Positions 42,890-50,073 of a stretch of 64,000 nucleotides of DNA are shown here, piece by piece. Below the pieces are notes generated by a model, which saw nothing but the letters and a program-made list of their open reading frames with translations, searched no databases and was not told where the DNA came from. A program made the translations under genes and the position numbers. The DNA is from Elusimicrobiota bacterium (GTDB taxonomy: Bacteria; Elusimicrobiota; Elusimicrobia; Elusimicrobiales; UBA9959). The stretch covers positions 19,266 to 83,265 of the forward strand of contig JAAYVI010000014.1 in the NCBI GenBank assembly GCA_012517235.1, given 5' to 3'. Every line of letters starts with the position of its first letter. Position 1 is the first letter of the stretch.

Positions 42890-43245
42890 GCGGCGGACGG
42901 AACGTCGCCGCGGACTTTTAGTTCGCGGAGGAACTTCCGGACTTCTCAAGGGAGCGCGCCCGCCGAAAGGCGGGGGACATAAAGGGAAACCTTTATGCCA
43001 CGGAAAGTGCAGCAGAAAATATACCGCCCGCAGAGTAGTTTAAGGCGGGTAAGGGTGAAAAGGCGCGGTAAGAGCGCACCGCTTCGGCGGCAACGCCGAA
43101 GGCAATGAAAACCCCGCGCGAAGCAAGGATAAACATGCGCAGGTCCCCTTGCCGATTGCGCTTATGCGCAAAGCGCAGAGTAATCCGCTCAGATAAATGA
43201 CGTTCGGCCTTAGGGCTACAGAATCCGGGGTATAGTCCGCCGCTT
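42888..43245 (+). ncRNA. rnpB: RNase P RNA (bacterial type A)
   Basis: P1 is formed by AAGCGGCGGAC (42888-42898) pairing with GTCCGCCGCTT (43235-43245). Conserved blocks on the + strand: GGAGGAACTTCCGG (CR-I/P4 5' strand), GGTAAGGGTGAAAAGGCGCGGTAAGAGCGCACCGC (near-identical to E. coli M1 GGUAAGGGUGAAAGGGUGCGGUAAGAGCGCACCGC) and ACAGAATCCGGGGTATAG (P4 3' strand). About 358 nt. Confidence 0.88.
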
Positions 43246-43380
43246 AAATAGATGTATGGATGCATAGATGTGTGGATGTATAGCAAAAAAATATTAGAAG
43301 ATTGGACGATTAGAAGATTAGATGAATAGATGCGTAGAAGTATGGCAAAAAATGAGATTAGATGAATAAAAGAAAAAATA
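43246..43380 (+). repeat. octamer-phased C-poor intergenic element, copy B
   Basis: Block 1 (43249-43291): TAGATGTA TGGATGCA TAGATGTG TGGATGTA TAGCAAAAAAA. Block 2 (43295-43352): TAGAAGAT TGGACGAT TAGAAGAT TAGATGAA TAGATGCG TAGAAGTA TGGCAAAAAA. Only 5 C in 135 nt. It matches copy A at 65/75 positions. Confidence 0.8.
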
Positions 43381-43417
43381 AAAGTTTATAAAAGCATAAA
43401 TAATAAAGGTAAAAAAT

Positions 43418-43690
43418 ATGAAAAAATTATTGGAGAAATTTCCCGAGATAAAATTTTCCGAAGACCCTTCTTCTGTTCCATGGAAAGACGCTTTGGTATG
43501 GTTCTACGAAAAAGAAGGAAAGGAAAAATATTATTGGATTTCCGCCGAAGAAATACTTTACGTATCGTGGTCCGGCGGTTTGCTTTCGGTTATTCCCTCT
43601 TCTTCGTCTCTTTTGAGCAATTATTTCCAGGCCGTTATTTTGCAAGGCGAATCGGTTTTTGTGGGAGCAAAAATAAAAGTATCAAACTAA
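43418..43690 (+). CDS. hypothetical protein
   Basis: 90-aa ORF directly downstream of repeat copy B. No recognisable motif; coding status supported only by length and position. Confidence 0.4.
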   Translation: MKKLLEKFPEIKFSEDPSSVPWKDALVWFYEKEGKEKYYWISAEEILYVSWSGGLLSVIPSSSSLLSNYFQAVILQGESVFVGAKIKVSN

Positions 43691-43692
43691 AT

Positions 43693-45225
43693 TTATAGTA
43701 TTATTGTAAACGCCGAACCTTTGTCTATTTGAGATTTGACCGCTACTTTCCCCCCGTGAAGTTCGGCGATTTTTTTTACCATGGCAAGCCCCAGTCCCCA
43801 TCCTTCTACCTGTCCGGTAAAAAAAGACTCTACTTGATAAAATTTTGCAAAAATCTTGTTTATTTCTTCTCCCGGTATGCCTATGCCGTTATCTCCTACG
43901 GTAAGCATCTTTTTTCCTTCCTTTGCCATTGCGGAAAGTATCACGGTTTTTTCGGTATTTTTATTAAATTTAACGGCATTATCGACTAATTGCTTTAAAG
44001 CTTTCTTTATCAAATTTCTGTCGGCATTTAAGGTGAAGTTTTCAACTATGGCGGTTTTAAATATCGTTTTATCTTCTTTTTCCGCATATTCCGATTTTAT
44101 TTCTTCCAGAAGTTGGGCGGCTTGAAAATCGGTTTTATTTAGACCTTCTTCTGTCATGTTTTCCGCTTGAGTGAAATCTATTAAAGTATCTACAAGCAAA
44201 GAAAGTTTTTGGCCTTGCGAAAAAATCGATTCGCTGGCTTTCTTTATCATCTCCGTATTGTTTCCGTCGCAGTCTTTAAGCAATTGAGCAAATCCGTTTA
44301 TCGCGGCCAAAGGAGTTTTAAATTTATGCGAGATAAGAGAAAGAAAGTTTCTGGCCATTCTTTCTTCCATAACCTTATCTGTTACGTCGGAAAATATCCA
44401 TAAAACGGAATCGGCTTTGCCAGTTTCTTCGTTTTTAATTTTTATACAGGCCGTTTCCAAAATCAGTTTCTTTGGTTTTTCTCTTTCTAAAAGAAACTTG
44501 TGCGATTGTTCTCCGAAGCAAACCGTTTTTATAAAGTCTTCCGGTTTTCCGAAAGCGTAAAATACATCGGAGATGTTCTTATGTCCGTATTTTTCATATT
44601 CCAAATAGAGCGAAGCGGAATTATTTAAAATTATTATGTCGCCCGCCGTATCGGTAAGTATGGCGCCTTCTTCTATTTTTCTAAAAATTACTTCCAGTTT
44701 TTTCTTTTCTTCTTTTACATTATTAAATAATCTGGAATTTTCTATCGCTATGGCGGCTTGCGACGCGAAAGCTTCAAAACTATTTTTGTCTGTTTCGGTA
44801 AATTCTCCGTCTATTTTATTTATGGCCTGAACGACGCCTATTACTTTTCCCTTTATTATCATCGGGCAGGTCAGAAGAGATCTTGTGATAAAACCGCTTT
44901 TATTGTCGACTTTTGAAGCGTGTCTGGAATCGTTTTGAACGTCGTTTGAAATTATCGATCTGCCTTGTTGAGCGCATGTTCCGGCTATGCCTTCGCCCAA
45001 TTTAAATCTCATTTTTTGAACGTCTTCCGGAAGACCCAAAGCAACGTCAAAATATAACTCGCCCGCTTTCTCGTCCAAAAGATAAAGGGAAGCTCTTTCC
45101 GCGCCGACTACTCTCGACGAAAGGCGCATAATTGTTACCAAAAGCTCGGATATGTCCAGTTTTGAAGACAGAAGTCTCGAAACCATTACGAGCATTTCCA
45201 AACTTTCGGTGCTTTGAGTCGTCAT
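43693..45225 (-). CDS. cytoplasmic GAF-domain sensor histidine kinase
   Basis: 510 aa with no TM helix. It has an N-terminal GAF domain (RASLYLLDE...GIAG), an H-box ISHKFKTPLAAINGFAQLL and HATPase blocks (DNAVKF, GDNGIGIP, GWGLGLAMV). Confidence 0.85.
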   Translation of the reverse strand: MTTQSTESLEMLVMVSRLLSSKLDISELLVTIMRLSSRVVGAERASLYLLDEKAGELYFDVALGLPEDVQKMRFKLGEGIAGTCAQQGRSIISNDVQNDSRHASKVDNKSGFITRSLLTCPMIIKGKVIGVVQAINKIDGEFTETDKNSFEAFASQAAIAIENSRLFNNVKEEKKKLEVIFRKIEEGAILTDTAGDIIILNNSASLYLEYEKYGHKNISDVFYAFGKPEDFIKTVCFGEQSHKFLLEREKPKKLILETACIKIKNEETGKADSVLWIFSDVTDKVMEERMARNFLSLISHKFKTPLAAINGFAQLLKDCDGNNTEMIKKASESIFSQGQKLSLLVDTLIDFTQAENMTEEGLNKTDFQAAQLLEEIKSEYAEKEDKTIFKTAIVENFTLNADRNLIKKALKQLVDNAVKFNKNTEKTVILSAMAKEGKKMLTVGDNGIGIPGEEINKIFAKFYQVESFFTGQVEGWGLGLAMVKKIAELHGGKVAVKSQIDKGSAFTIIL

Positions 45226-46052
45226 TTGAATAATATACCTATGCTTATCTTATAATATTTCTTAGAATGTCCTTTTTTATCGTCTAAATAATTATACGAA
45301 AAATTGGCGGAATTTTTTTCGGAAAAATTAATTCTTAATCCGAAAAGCCAGGAATTATATTCGGAAAACTTTCCGTTTATTTTATCGTAGCCGGCAAAAA
45401 CATAACTGTCGAAATCCGGCTTGAAACTTCTTGCGAATTGAAGTCCTAATTTTGATAAAACGAAATCGTTTAAAAAAGAGTTGGAATTTAAAGAAATTAA
45501 GTCTTGAGTTTCGGCATAATTTTTTTGAACCGTATATGAAAAGCCTGAATTTGATACGGCTCCTGCGGATGCGAGAATAAAGAATTGATCGTAAAAATTT
45601 TTTTCGGCCGATATCTCCGCGCAATTGGAAGAGAAATCTTTTTCCCCGAAAAAAGCCAATCTTTGCCTTTGATGCGCCGCCGCAAAGGTGTAAGTAGTAG
45701 AAGTTTCATTTTGCGCATTTTCGGTTAGTAAAGAGAATGACGCTCTCGCTCCTTGAGCAAAAGATCCGTTTCTGTCCGCAGGATAGAAAAAAGGTTTTGC
45801 CGTGAGCAATATATTTCGCCCGATAAAATAGTTAAGAGGAAATCTTAGGGCATAAACATAATCTTGTTTTTCTCTTTTATATGCGGATACTCCTATCCCT
45901 CCAACTATTCTTGTGCTTATATTGGATGCGAAATTACCTTCGGTCCTTAAGAATTCGTTTGAGCCGGAAGTTAAAGAAAAATCCGTCCAAAAAGCTTGAG
46001 CCGGCGAAATAAAAGAAATAGCCGCTATAAATATAAGGAATTTATTTTTCAT
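45222..46052 (-). CDS. putative outer-membrane beta-barrel protein
   Basis: 276 aa with a signal peptide (ISPAQA), alternating hydrophobic/polar strand patterns, aromatic-rich strand ends and a C-terminal ...ISIGILFK. Confidence 0.5.
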   Translation of the reverse strand: MKNKFLIFIAAISFISPAQAFWTDFSLTSGSNEFLRTEGNFASNISTRIVGGIGVSAYKREKQDYVYALRFPLNYFIGRNILLTAKPFFYPADRNGSFAQGARASFSLLTENAQNETSTTYTFAAAHQRQRLAFFGEKDFSSNCAEISAEKNFYDQFFILASAGAVSNSGFSYTVQKNYAETQDLISLNSNSFLNDFVLSKLGLQFARSFKPDFDSYVFAGYDKINGKFSEYNSWLFGLRINFSEKNSANFSYNYLDDKKGHSKKYYKISIGILFK

Positions 46053-46119
46053 TATTTTTCAATTATATAATAATAAAAGGGTATAAAAAAGTATTTCTCC
46101 TTTTTTTGCCAACCCTTCT

Positions 46120-46138
46120 GTTAACCCTCAGGGTTAAC
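46120..46138. promoter_or_regulatory. GTTAAC-based 19-bp palindrome downstream of the HTH gene / upstream of the OMP-kinase operon
   Basis: GTTAACCCT-C-AGGGTTAAC is a perfect inverted repeat. A third half-site, GAGGGTTAA (46142-46150), overlaps the HTH gene stop. Confidence 0.5.
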
Positions 46139-46146
46139 AGTGAGGG

Positions 46147-46470
46147 TTAATCCCAGCCCATATCTTCCATTTTATCGTCAATCTTGTCATCACTTACATA
46201 GTCAAGGGTCTTTTGGTAGTTATTAACATTTTTGTTGACAAAGCCCCCTTTTTTGTTTATATCTTCTTTTTTTTCCTTTGAAAACCTTGTTGATAAGTCT
46301 TTTTTGTTAATATGTTGTTCGTATGTATGACTTTTATCAACAGGTATAGCCCAATTTCTTCCTATTCTTATGGCCTGTATTTTACCTCTTTTAACTTGCT
46401 TAAATACGGCAATTCTGCTTATTCCCAATTTTTCGGCATATTCCGGTATGGATAGAAATTTTTCATTCAT
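46147..46470 (-). CDS. excisionase/MerR-superfamily helix-turn-helix DNA-binding protein
   Basis: 107 aa. The N-terminus FLSIPEYAEKLGISRIAVFKQVKRGKIQAIRIGRNWAIP is the HTH_17/excisionase-type winged helix. The acidic C-terminal tail has no recognised motif. Confidence 0.7.
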   Translation of the reverse strand: MNEKFLSIPEYAEKLGISRIAVFKQVKRGKIQAIRIGRNWAIPVDKSHTYEQHINKKDLSTRFSKEKKEDINKKGGFVNKNVNNYQKTLDYVSDDKIDDKMEDMGWD

Positions 46471-46474
46471 ATAT

Positions 46475-46572
46475 GTTAACTTATGTTAACCATTATATTA
46501 ACTAAATAAAATTCTGTCAAGACGTATTTGAATTTAAATTCAAATATTTTTTATTAGTTAACTTATGTTAAC
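46475..46572. promoter_or_regulatory. direct repeats and palindrome upstream of the HTH gene
   Basis: GTTAACTTATGTTAAC occurs at 46475-46490 and again exactly at 46557-46572. Between the two copies lies the perfect 22-bp palindrome TATTTGAATTTAAATTCAAATA (46525-46546). Confidence 0.6.
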
Positions 46573-46678
46573 TTACGTATTTAAACAATTATTTCGGTAA
46601 TACATTAGAAAATCCTAAAAAATGCTAAAAATATGGTAGAATATTTTTTCGGCTATAAGCCGGTTTCGGAGGATAAAA

Positions 46679-47167
46679 ATGAAAGTTAAAGTTAAAAAGC
46701 TAAGCGGCGAAGCGATAATGCCAAATAGGGCTTATGAGAACGACGCAGGCGCGGACCTTTTTTCAATAGAAAGAATAGAAATAGCTCCTCACTCTTCTGC
46801 GAAAGTTAAAACCGGCATAGCGATATCTTTACCTAAAAAGACGGCGGGTTTAATTTGGGGTAAAAGCTCGGTCGAAACCAGAGGCCTCATAGTTACCGCC
46901 GGATTGATAGACGAAGGTTACAGAGGCGAAATAATAATTTGCATGCAAAATCTTACCGATAAAATACAGCTCATAGAAAAGGGGCAAAAAGTGGCTCAAT
47001 TGGTAGTAATGCCGGTTTATTATCCTTCTTTTAAGGAAACCAAAGAATTGCCCTCTTCAAAAAGAGGAATTTTCGGTTTCGGCAGTACGGGTAAAAATTA
47101 TTCGGATAATAATAATTCTTCTAACGGCAATTTACAGCAATCGGATAAGGCCGAAGTCAAACTTTAA
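46679..47167 (+). CDS. dut: dUTP diphosphatase
   Basis: 162 aa with AGADL, GLIDEGYRGE and the C-terminal RGIFGFGSTG motif V. It has an unusual roughly 25-aa N/S-rich tail. Confidence 0.9.
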   Translation: MKVKVKKLSGEAIMPNRAYENDAGADLFSIERIEIAPHSSAKVKTGIAISLPKKTAGLIWGKSSVETRGLIVTAGLIDEGYRGEIIICMQNLTDKIQLIEKGQKVAQLVVMPVYYPSFKETKELPSSKRGIFGFGSTGKNYSDNNNSSNGNLQQSDKAEVKL

Positions 47168-47185
47168 TTTTTTCGGAGAAATTAG

Positions 47186-48193
47186 GTGAAAATACTTGTC
47201 TTTGGCGGAACTTCTTTTTTCGGTCTTCAAGCCGCAAAAGCGGCTTTTTCCGCGGGACACGATGTTACCGTCTTTTCCAGAAGGGATCCGCCGGAAGGAT
47301 TTCCTTTGGATATAAAGTTTATCAAAGGCGACAGAAGCGTAGAAGCCGATTTATCCCGCATTACGCTTAAAACCTGGGATGCGGTATTTGACAATATATG
47401 TTATACTCCGCAGGATGCCCAAAAAGCTGTTAAAAAGTTTTCCGGTAAATGCGGTTTTTATTTGATGACAAGTTCCGAAGCCGTTTATTATCTTATTAAA
47501 GATCTCTCTTCGCCTTTTAGGGAAAATCATACCGAAATTTTTAAGGAAAACATAGAGATGAAAAAAGGCGGTTTTTGGGATTATGCTTGCGGAAAATATT
47601 TATCCGAACGGGTTTTCCTAAAAGCTTTCGAAGAAATAAAATTCCCGGTAAGCATAGTAAGACCGCCCATAGTAATAGGTCCGCAGGATAATACTTTAAG
47701 GGCTTATTCTTACTGGATAAGAATAGCGGACGGGTATCCTTTTTTTGCTCCCGGCTGGAGTTTTTTAAAGAGATTTGCCTATAGCGAAGATATGTCGTCA
47801 TGGATTAACGCAATAATTGAAAATCCGGAAAAATCTATCGGAGAAATTTTTAATCTTGGAGACGCCGAAACTATTTCATTGGGCGATTTTCTTAAAGTTT
47901 CGGCGGAAATAATGGGTAAGCCTTTATTGGGCTTGCCGGCCGATTTTACATGGCTTAAAGAAAACGGTTTTAACTTATCGGCTTCCCCTTATTCGAGTAA
48001 AAGAGATTATATAACCGATATTGAAAAAGCGCAAAAAGTTTTCGGTTTCAAATCTACGCCGATTCGTCAATGGCTTGAAGAATCCATAAAATGGTTTTTC
48101 TTTAAATATACCGGATCAAAACCGGCCGATTATGCCGGGAGATCCGAAGAAATAAAGCTTTGCGATAAATGGATTAAGGAAAAAAACATATGA
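47186..48193 (+). CDS. NAD-dependent epimerase/dehydratase family protein
   Basis: 335 aa with a GTG start after CGGAG, the Rossmann motif ILVFGGTSFFG and the extended-SDR Y-x-x-x-K (YACGKYLSE). Confidence 0.75.
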   Translation: MKILVFGGTSFFGLQAAKAAFSAGHDVTVFSRRDPPEGFPLDIKFIKGDRSVEADLSRITLKTWDAVFDNICYTPQDAQKAVKKFSGKCGFYLMTSSEAVYYLIKDLSSPFRENHTEIFKENIEMKKGGFWDYACGKYLSERVFLKAFEEIKFPVSIVRPPIVIGPQDNTLRAYSYWIRIADGYPFFAPGWSFLKRFAYSEDMSSWINAIIENPEKSIGEIFNLGDAETISLGDFLKVSAEIMGKPLLGLPADFTWLKENGFNLSASPYSSKRDYITDIEKAQKVFGFKSTPIRQWLEESIKWFFFKYTGSKPADYAGRSEEIKLCDKWIKEKNI

Positions 48194-48792
48194 ATTTGCT
48201 TAAAAAAGCTTCGAAGATAAAAATTTTTATAATGGACGTAGACGGCGTTCTTACGGACGGGAAAATGTATTTTTTTAGAGAAGGCAAAGAGGCTCATGAG
48301 ATAAAGGCTTTTAACGCTCAAGACGGAATAGGTCTTATGTTATTAAATAAGTTTGCCGTTAAAACCGGAATAATAACCGGCAGGGAATCCGCCGGCGCGG
48401 AAGAGAGAGCCAAGATGCTGTCGATGAGTTATGCTTATCAAGGATTTCTTTCGAAAATAAAACCTTTGGAAGAAATAATGGCCTGCGAAAATTTAAAATA
48501 TGAAGAAGCGGCATATATGGGCGACGATCTTACGGATTTGCCCGTTCTCAAAAGAGTGGGATTGGCCTGCTGTCCGCATAATTCGGTGCCGCAGATAAAA
48601 AAAGTTTGCGATTTCGTATCGTCAAAAAACGGAGGAGACGGCGCGGTAAGGGAAGTTTGCGATTTGATAATCAAAGCCAAAGGACTTGATGGCGCGGTTA
48701 TGAAAGGAGTGGAAGAAGCCGTTTGGCCTCAGACAAGCAAAATTTCGATGAAAACCGTTTTATATTCTCGTTTATCAAGGGGGAAGAGATGA
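48190..48792 (+). CDS. kdsC: 3-deoxy-D-manno-octulosonate 8-phosphate phosphatase (HAD-IIIA)
   Basis: 200 aa with MDVDGVLTDG, FNAQDGIGL, ITGRES, YMGDDLTDLP and GGDGAVREVCDLI. It carries a C-terminal extension of about 25 aa. Confidence 0.8.
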   Translation: MNLLKKASKIKIFIMDVDGVLTDGKMYFFREGKEAHEIKAFNAQDGIGLMLLNKFAVKTGIITGRESAGAEERAKMLSMSYAYQGFLSKIKPLEEIMACENLKYEEAAYMGDDLTDLPVLKRVGLACCPHNSVPQIKKVCDFVSSKNGGDGAVREVCDLIIKAKGLDGAVMKGVEEAVWPQTSKISMKTVLYSRLSRGKR

Positions 48793-49313
48793 AGAAAATA
48801 ATAATATTTGCTCTTTTGTCGACGCCTTTGTTTGCCGCCGACGAAAATAATTACGCCGAAGCTCAATCGGCGGCCGAAGCGGCGGCAGAATCGGCGGTTT
48901 CCGACGAAGACGCGGGAGTTATGGTTCAGGATTCCGACGAAGATATAAAAAACATAGTCGAAGATTATGTCAAAAAAGACGAGAGTTTGAAAGGCTCGTT
49001 TCTTGTAGAAGATAAAATTTCGGGCAAAATACTAAAACTTAAATATCTGGCGGTAATCGAAAGTAAAAATTTAAACGAAGAATCCAAAAAAGTGAAAGTT
49101 CAATTTAACGATCCCTCTTCCGGTAAATTTAGGATAGTGTCTTTTTTACTTAAAGGTTCCAATTGGGGAAATATAGAAATAGAAAAAATGGAACTGGAAC
49201 CTTTGGTTTCCGCGGAAAATAAAACCGATATTAGTAAAAGCGGGAAGAAAGAGATAAAAACTTCCGTTAATTCCGATAAAAAATCCGAATCTAAAGATAA
49301 AAAAAGCAAATGA
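48789..49313 (+). CDS. secreted acidic/lysine-rich hypothetical protein
   Basis: I chose the ATG at 48789 (MKKIIIFALLSTPLFA signal peptide; ATGA overlap with the kdsC stop) over the longer track start at 48723. Confidence 0.5.
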   Translation: MKKIIIFALLSTPLFAADENNYAEAQSAAEAAAESAVSDEDAGVMVQDSDEDIKNIVEDYVKKDESLKGSFLVEDKISGKILKLKYLAVIESKNLNEESKKVKVQFNDPSSGKFRIVSFLLKGSNWGNIEIEKMELEPLVSAENKTDISKSGKKEIKTSVNSDKKSESKDKKSK

Positions 49314-49987
49314 AAGAAATCGTAGTAACTTTTTGGGCCGGAATTTTAACCTTTTTCTCGCCTTGCGTTTTGCCTTTGATTCCGGCTTATTTGTCTATGA
49401 TATCCGGAGTTTCGGCTTCGGAAATATTGAAAGAAAATCAAAAGGAAGTTCATAAAAAAGTTTTTTTAAACTCTTTATTTTTTTTCTTCGGCTTTTCGGC
49501 CGTTTTTTCCCTTATGGGGGCGGCCGCTTCTTTTATAGGATCTTTCCTTTTGACTCACAGAGATATTTTTCAGAAAGTTATGGGCGCCGTTTTGGTTTTA
49601 CTGGGCGCTCATACCGCCGGTTTTTTTAATATAGGATTTCTAAATTACGAAAAAAGAGCTTTTTTAAAAACTACCGATAAATCTCTGTTTTCTTCTTTCA
49701 TCATGGGCGCGGGATTTGCTTTCGGCTGGTCGCCTTGCATAGGTCCCATACTCGCCTCGATACTTATGATGGCATCTTCCGCTTCGGTTTATAAAGGTAT
49801 GTTTATGTTATTTGTTTACGGATTGGGATTAGGCATACCTTTTATTGCCGCCGGATTTTTCGGGGCATCGTTTTTTAAGATTATTTCCTCCAAAAAGCAT
49901 ATGCTTTTTTATGCCGAGAAGATAGCCGGCATAATTTTGATAATTCTGGGTATTTTGCTTTTCCTGAACAAATTTTCAATAGAGTAA
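49310..49987 (+). CDS. ccdA: cytochrome c biogenesis / thiol-disulfide transfer membrane protein CcdA (DsbD family)
   Basis: 225 aa with six helices and the two conserved Cys blocks FSPCVLPLIPAYLS and GWSPCIGPIL. Confidence 0.8.
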   Translation: MKEIVVTFWAGILTFFSPCVLPLIPAYLSMISGVSASEILKENQKEVHKKVFLNSLFFFFGFSAVFSLMGAAASFIGSFLLTHRDIFQKVMGAVLVLLGAHTAGFFNIGFLNYEKRAFLKTTDKSLFSSFIMGAGFAFGWSPCIGPILASILMMASSASVYKGMFMLFVYGLGLGIPFIAAGFFGASFFKIISSKKHMLFYAEKIAGIILIILGILLFLNKFSIE

Positions 49988-50018
49988 AAAATAAAAAAAT
50001 TGTCTGATTTTTATCGCA

Positions 50019-50049
50019 TTGACTTCATTATTTTTTTTTTTTTTAGAAT
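50019..50049 (+). promoter_or_regulatory. sigma70-like promoter with T14 homopolymer in the spacer
   Basis: TTGACT (50019-50024), then a 19-nt spacer TCATTA+T13, then TAGAAT (50044-50049). The homopolymer T14 spans 50031-50044. GGAGG at 50064-50068 and a GTG start at 50074 follow. Confidence 0.5.
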
Positions 50050-50073
50050 TTAATAGGATATTAGGAGGAAAAT

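Noticed and set aside
42993-43286. 97-aa minus-strand ORF in the track
   Set aside because: It lies antisense to the RNase P RNA gene, whose conserved blocks and P1/P4 pairings are on the + strand. The open frame is a by-product of the GC-rich structured RNA and the adjacent repeat.
43246-43380. Whether the octamer arrays could be a CRISPR array or a microsatellite-encoded peptide
   Set aside because: The 8-nt units have no spacers, so this is not CRISPR. No frame is open in the sense orientation with a start and RBS. I therefore treat it as a non-coding repeat.
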